From the IMG/VR virus record IMGVR_UViG_3300025389_000011: a stretch of DNA of 64,000 nucleotides, one strand, 5' to 3'. A program made the position numbers and the translations under genes. Of the stretch, positions 59,531 through 64,000 are shown piece after piece. The notes under the pieces were generated by a model, which was not told the DNA's origin, ran no database searches, and saw only the letters and a program-made list of their open reading frames with translations. The stretch's first letter is position 1. Every line of letters starts with the position of its first letter. This DNA is from a virus (Duplodnaviria; Caudoviricetes).

Positions 59531-60086
59531 AGTAAACAGTAGCAAACAACGACATACTTTTCAATTAGAAAAATACATTGAGCGTACAAAAAAAGAAGGT
59601 AAAGAACCTTCTGAAGACTATATGGATTTTTGGAAAACTGCCAAACAACAAGACGAAGAAAATCTTGTTGACCCTGAATGGCAAAAAGATAACTTAGAAT
59701 ATGACTTGCGTAGTACCCAATGGATATGTGATAAAGTCAAAGGTGATGAAGTTTATGCACAAAATTTGTACGCATCAATGTGTAATAGAAACTTTACAAA
59801 AAATGATGTGTGGCCCATACTAACTGAAAAACGCTGGAGCTGTAGTTGGAGACATGCGGGTGGTATTATCGCTGACATGCGTGAACAAGGTGATTATATT
59901 GATTGGTACTGTAGCGGTATCAGAAATGAACCAACTGAAGAAGAAATCGCAAACTTCAATGATGAACAAAAACAAAGATATCTTGAACTACAAGCGTTTG
60001 TTGGTGAGGGAATGGTTACTGACGAAATACGTGAAGATTTGTTTAAGTTAGGATGGATTGTTATACCGGACGATTTAGTTGACTAA
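59523..60086 (+). CDS. Hypothetical protein
   Basis: YAQNLYASMCN...WSCSWRHAGGIIADMREQGDYIDWYCSG; in-frame ATG at 59523. Confidence 0.7.
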   Translation: MTKVNSSKQRHTFQLEKYIERTKKEGKEPSEDYMDFWKTAKQQDEENLVDPEWQKDNLEYDLRSTQWICDKVKGDEVYAQNLYASMCNRNFTKNDVWPILTEKRWSCSWRHAGGIIADMREQGDYIDWYCSGIRNEPTEEEIANFNDEQKQRYLELQAFVGEGMVTDEIREDLFKLGWIVIPDDLVD

Positions 60087-60110
60087 ATACTGTACAAGGA
60101 ACTTACTATC

Positions 60111-60491
60111 ATGGCATATTCAGAAAAAGTAATTGACCACTATGAAAACCCACGCAATGTGGGTAGTTTTGGTAAAGAAGATACAGATGTAGGTACGGGA
60201 ATGGTCGGTGCCCCAGCTTGCGGTGACGTGATGAAACTGCAAATTAAAGTAGACCCTAATACAGGATTAATAACAGATGCCAAATTTAAGACATATGGGT
60301 GTGGGTCGGCAATTGCTTCTTCAAGCCTTGTCACAGAGTGGGTCAAAGGTAAAACATTGGATGAGGCTGCAACCATTAAGAACTCAGCAATCGCCGAGGA
60401 ACTCGCCCTTCCCCCAGTCAAGATCCATTGCTCCATCCTCGCAGAAGACGCCATCAAAGCCGCAGTAGAAGATTATAGAAAGAAACATTGA
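60111..60491 (+). CDS. iscU: Fe-S cluster scaffold IscU
   Basis: YSEKVIDHYENPRNVG, APACGD, FKTYGCGSAIAS, LPPVKIHC; TAAATA at 60084-89 and SD AAGGA. Confidence 0.97.
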   Translation: MAYSEKVIDHYENPRNVGSFGKEDTDVGTGMVGAPACGDVMKLQIKVDPNTGLITDAKFKTYGCGSAIASSSLVTEWVKGKTLDEAATIKNSAIAEELALPPVKIHCSILAEDAIKAAVEDYRKKH

Positions 60492-61168
60492 TGAATCGGG
60501 ATATTATTCCAATTAATTATGCTGGTGGTACAGGTGGCAATTTTCTTTGCCATTTTATTGTAACAGCAAAATATAATAATTACGAAAAATATAAATTATT
60601 GTTGAGCAGATATGGAAATGCACACTCTAGTGTAAAGGATTTTCCCGGAGCTCCTTATCCGTTACAAGTACCTGATGATATTAAGGTCAACTATTTGTTA
60701 ACTACATTACCGGACGGCTCGGATAAAACAAAGCCTTACTACTCAGTCGCACATATTTTAAATAATCAAACTATCCTTGACAATTTTGAAAAGTCAATTA
60801 GAATTGTATATGATAAAGATGACTTTGAAGAACTTACTATGGTATTTATGGGTAAGTATGCACTAGACTGTGAAGAAAAAATATTCAACGAAACTACAGA
60901 TACGTTATGGCATCATTTACCATCAATGCGTTTTTTCTTTAAAAAATACAGTAAATATTTTAAATATGAAGAAGGTCACGACAATGTGTGTTATGTAACA
61001 TGGAAAGAGTTGTATCATTTAGATCCATCAGTACTGATAGAAAAATTAAGTAATTTTACCGGGATACCTAAAGAAAACTTTTCAAAAGAACACATGTATG
61101 TATGGAGAAAAGCAACTGCATTTTGTATTGATTCAATCATTAGAATATTAGGTGACAAATTAAAATGA
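60488..61168 (+). CDS. P-loop/sulfotransferase-like paralogue 1
   Basis: IIPINYAGGTGGNFLCHFI N-motif; W.ELY.LDP...IPKENFS..WR C-motif. Confidence 0.55.
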   Translation: MMNRDIIPINYAGGTGGNFLCHFIVTAKYNNYEKYKLLLSRYGNAHSSVKDFPGAPYPLQVPDDIKVNYLLTTLPDGSDKTKPYYSVAHILNNQTILDNFEKSIRIVYDKDDFEELTMVFMGKYALDCEEKIFNETTDTLWHHLPSMRFFFKKYSKYFKYEEGHDNVCYVTWKELYHLDPSVLIEKLSNFTGIPKENFSKEHMYVWRKATAFCIDSIIRILGDKLK

Positions 61169-61821
61169 TAGAAGATGTTGTGCCTATCATTTACATGAAC
61201 GGCACTGGTGGTAATTTCTTGTGTCACTTTATAGTAAGTGCTAAAAGAAATATTAAAGATATTATACAGTTAAGTAAACACGGCAATGCACATGAACATG
61301 GGTTAAAAGATATTCCTCACCCTACATGGGGAATACGTATACCTGATATAGATAAAATCAATCATATCAAAGAGTATGTAAAAAATATTGAAAATAATCT
61401 AAAACCATATTATACGTCTGCACATATTAGTGATATTGATTTAGTCAATAGTTATTTTAAAAAGCATATAAAAATTACATATGACATGAATGATGTAAAT
61501 GAATTAGTTCCGGCATCATTGGGTAAATTTCATGTAGACACACAAAATAAAAATAAAGAAGATTTGCCCAAATATCTAGCAGACATTACTTGGATAACAA
61601 TGAAATACAATAAATTTTTCAAAAATAGTGATAAAGAAAATACACTATGCATAAGTTGGAAAGAACTATATCATTTAGATCCTGCTATTATAATTGATAA
61701 GTTAAATTTGTTTACCAATATACCTAAAGAAAACTTTTCAATAGAGCAACTATTGATTTGGAGAAATGCCACAAAAACATGCATCGAAACAATTACTCCT
61801 TACATAAAGCGTAAATTATGA
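61165..61821 (+). CDS. P-loop/sulfotransferase-like paralogue 2
   Basis: VPIIYMNGTGGNFLCHFI; same C-motif as paralogue 1. Confidence 0.55.
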   Translation: MIEDVVPIIYMNGTGGNFLCHFIVSAKRNIKDIIQLSKHGNAHEHGLKDIPHPTWGIRIPDIDKINHIKEYVKNIENNLKPYYTSAHISDIDLVNSYFKKHIKITYDMNDVNELVPASLGKFHVDTQNKNKEDLPKYLADITWITMKYNKFFKNSDKENTLCISWKELYHLDPAIIIDKLNLFTNIPKENFSIEQLLIWRNATKTCIETITPYIKRKL

Positions 61822-62462
61822 ACGAAGATATTATACCTATAACTTACATCAATGCATCAGGTGGTAATTTCTTGTGTCACTTTATAGTAAGTGCTAAAAG
61901 AAATATTAAAGATATCATACCATTAAGCAAGAATGGTAACACACATGAATATGGTTTAAAAGACATACCTAGCCCATCATATGGTATACTAACAGCCGAC
62001 AATATAAAAATCAATCATATACTTACTCAAACCCCTTTAGATAATAAACCATATTATACTTCAGCACATATTAGTGATGGACAGTTAGTACATGATAATT
62101 TTAAAAAATCTATTCGTATTACATATGATTTAGATGATATAGAAGAACTTACCTTTATACATTTAGGTAAATATACCTCTGATTGCGAAAATATTGCGTT
62201 AGAATCGGTATCTACGCAAATGCCATTTATTAAATTTAGAATTAAAAAATATAATGAATTTTTTAGTAAAAAATATGATTCTATGTTGCTTGTGTCTTGG
62301 AAAGAAATTTATCACAATGAACCAAACATACTAATTACTAAACTGCATGAATTTACCAATATACCTAAAGAAAACTTTTCAATAGAGCAACTATTGATTT
62401 GGAGAGATGCTACAAAAAAATGTATTGAAACGGTGACCAATATTTTGAAGGAGAAATCATGA
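61818..62462 (+). CDS. P-loop/sulfotransferase-like paralogue 3
   Basis: IIPITYINASGGNFLCHFI; same C-motif as paralogue 1. Confidence 0.55.
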   Translation: MNEDIIPITYINASGGNFLCHFIVSAKRNIKDIIPLSKNGNTHEYGLKDIPSPSYGILTADNIKINHILTQTPLDNKPYYTSAHISDGQLVHDNFKKSIRITYDLDDIEELTFIHLGKYTSDCENIALESVSTQMPFIKFRIKKYNEFFSKKYDSMLLVSWKEIYHNEPNILITKLHEFTNIPKENFSIEQLLIWRDATKKCIETVTNILKEKS

Positions 62463-62761
62463 GTACTGAACAAGATAAAATCAAACATTCAAAAAGAATG
62501 CTTAAAGATGATAATGCTGTCGCAAAGCAAGTTAAGATTGCTAAAGCACATGGTTTAACAAATCAAGATAAAACTATCAAAGAACCACATCGTTTGGCTA
62601 AACATCATGCAATGGATTGTGGTAATCCAGAATGTTATTTGTGTGGTAATCCACGTAAGACACACAAGGATAAATTGACAGCACAAGAACATAGATTGTT
62701 TCAGGACTTAGACGAAGTGCGTGACCGTCATAGCAATGGTTTTCCCAAAAGCGAAGAATAA
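62459..62761 (+). CDS. Small basic protein with CxxxxCxxC
   Basis: KHHAMDCGNPECYLCGNPRK. Confidence 0.7.
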   Translation: MSTEQDKIKHSKRMLKDDNAVAKQVKIAKAHGLTNQDKTIKEPHRLAKHHAMDCGNPECYLCGNPRKTHKDKLTAQEHRLFQDLDEVRDRHSNGFPKSEE

Positions 62762-62835
62762 TCAATATAGTAGCATATAATGCGTAATTGTAGAGCATAA
62801 GTAGTTTTGTAATATGCTTTTATATTAAGGACTTT

Positions 62836-63177
62836 ATGAACACTTGCTTTACTTGTCTCAATTGCGGAAAACTTAACCCCAGTAAAGGGCATAGTTTTAC
62901 CAACAAATATTGTAACAACAAATGCCAAGCTGAACATCGTAGTAGATTACTTGTTTCAGAATGGAAAGAGGGAAACACTAAGCCATGGGCTAAGATTCCT
63001 GATTGGTTGAAACGATATTTGATTGAGCAACGTGGTCATCGTTGTGAAATTTGTCACAACGAAACACACAACAAACAAGAAATTCCTTTAGTTGTTAATC
63101 ATAAAAACAATAATACATACGACAATTCAGAAGATAACCTAGAGTTGATTTGCCCCAACTGTAGGTCACAGAAATAA
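62836..63177 (+). CDS. HNH-like Zn-finger protein
   Basis: CLNC, YCNNKC, CEIC, LVVNHKNN...N...NLELICPNC. Confidence 0.75.
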   Translation: MNTCFTCLNCGKLNPSKGHSFTNKYCNNKCQAEHRSRLLVSEWKEGNTKPWAKIPDWLKRYLIEQRGHRCEICHNETHNKQEIPLVVNHKNNNTYDNSEDNLELICPNCRSQK

Positions 63178-63197
63178 TTTAACACACAGGAGTAATT

Positions 63198-63743
63198 ATG
63201 AAAACTATAGGCGATAAAGTAACTAGCTTTGCAGTAACAGGCGTTAAGCCAGGCGCATTGACACCAGACAATGCATTCGAAACAATCACAGAAAAAAGTT
63301 TCGAAGGTAAGTGGAAAATTGTTGTGTACTATCCAAAAGATTTTACATTCGTTTGCCCAACAGAAATCGTAGCATATGATGCATTGAACAGTCAATTTGC
63401 TGACCGTGATGCAGTATTGTTAATCGGTTCAACAGATAATGAGTTCTGTAAATTGGCATGGCGTAATGCACATGAAGATTTGAAGAAAACAAACTCATGG
63501 AGTTTTGCCGATGTTGCCCGTGATGAGGTATCATTAGCACAACAATTGGGTATCTTCTATGGTCCAGCAGGTGCCGCATTACGTGCTACATTTATCATCG
63601 ATCCAGACAATGTTATTCAGCACGTTACAGTTAACAACTTAGATGTTGGTCGTAACCCAGATGAAACATTGCGTGTATTAGACGCATTGCAAACTGGCGA
63701 ACTATGCCCATGCAGTCGTCCAATCGGTGGCGATACACTATAA
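63198..63743 (+). CDS. ahpC: Peroxiredoxin AhpC
   Basis: YYPKDFTFVCPTE, RATFIIDP, VGRNPDETLR, GELCPC. Confidence 0.95.
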   Translation: MKTIGDKVTSFAVTGVKPGALTPDNAFETITEKSFEGKWKIVVYYPKDFTFVCPTEIVAYDALNSQFADRDAVLLIGSTDNEFCKLAWRNAHEDLKKTNSWSFADVARDEVSLAQQLGIFYGPAGAALRATFIIDPDNVIQHVTVNNLDVGRNPDETLRVLDALQTGELCPCSRPIGGDTL

Positions 63744-63756
63744 TAGGAGCACGACA

Positions 63757-63828
63757 ATGAACTTTCAAGAGTTATTTGATTATCTCAAGAGGGAACATTG
63801 TCCCTCTTGTAACACACAAGGAAAATAA
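63757..63828 (+). CDS. Putative 23-aa CxxC peptide
   Basis: MNFQELFDYLKREHCPSCNTQGK; SD AGGAG upstream; between ahpC and ahpD. Confidence 0.35.
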   Translation: MNFQELFDYLKREHCPSCNTQGK

Positions 63829-63829
63829 A

Positions 63830-64000
63830 ATGAATCAGCCGCAAGATATAAATGGAGTTAACGTTCCACCAATCAACGTTAACGGTAATTGGGTAGACAC
63901 AGTTAAAGATGCTATCCCTGATTATTGTAAAGATATTAAATTGAACTTAGAATCAATTATGACACGACATGGACTTGATCCAGTTGACGCTCATGCATGT
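63830..64000 (+). CDS. ahpD: AhpD-like alkylhydroperoxidase (runs off the right edge)
   Basis: MNQPQ...WVDTVKDAIPDYCKDIKLNLESI resembles the AhpD N-terminus (PDYAKDI.LNL); directly after ahpC. Confidence 0.75.
   Translation, partial: MNQPQDINGVNVPPINVNGNWVDTVKDAIPDYCKDIKLNLESIMTRHGLDPVDAHAC

Noticed and set aside
62762-62835. Possible tRNA or small RNA in the gap (AGCATA/TATGCT stem, TATAAT)
   Set aside because: No cloverleaf, T-loop or CCA; no matching -35; too weak to call. No tRNA was recognised anywhere in the window.
1-64000. Stop-codon reassignment or diversity-generating retroelement
   Set aside because: Genes end in TAA, TGA and TAG with dense standard-code ORFs; no reverse transcriptase and no adenine-specific TR/VR pair noticed.

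Overview
64 kb of a large T4-like, probably jumbo, myophage genome (AT-rich, standard code). The host is probably a betaproteobacterium, inferred from the IscU, desaturase and AhpC/AhpD sequence styles. Left to right: (1) a leftward baseplate operon (gp6-, gp25-, gp5/VgrG-, hub-, gp53/LysM- and tube-initiator-like); (2) gp55 late sigma, gp47/gp46 and a Holliday-junction resolvase; (3) a ~490-nt ORF-free, heavily base-paired element; (4) a leftward gp26/gp51-like tail-chaperone pair; (5) tape measure with a GH19-type lytic domain, then the head module (portal, core, protease, scaffold, major capsid); (6) a fatty-acid desaturase; (7) a 21.8-kb block of six Asn/Gly/Thr-rich fibre genes; (8) nrdAB, glutaredoxin and PAAR; (9) three probable virion proteins, a SleB-type hydrolase, iscU, three tandem sulfotransferase-like paralogues and ahpC/ahpD. 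The two strongest unexplained signals are a candidate large structured RNA (or structured DNA element) at 14625-15116 and a canonical-looking -1 frameshift (U UUU UUC, 7-nt spacer, 12-bp hairpin) fusing the gp26- and gp51-like ORFs. Also notable are apparently leaderless late transcripts (TAA(A/G)TA-N4-start, five times) and face-to-face late promoters between the chaperone and tape-measure genes. All family assignments come from motif recognition by eye; no searches were run.
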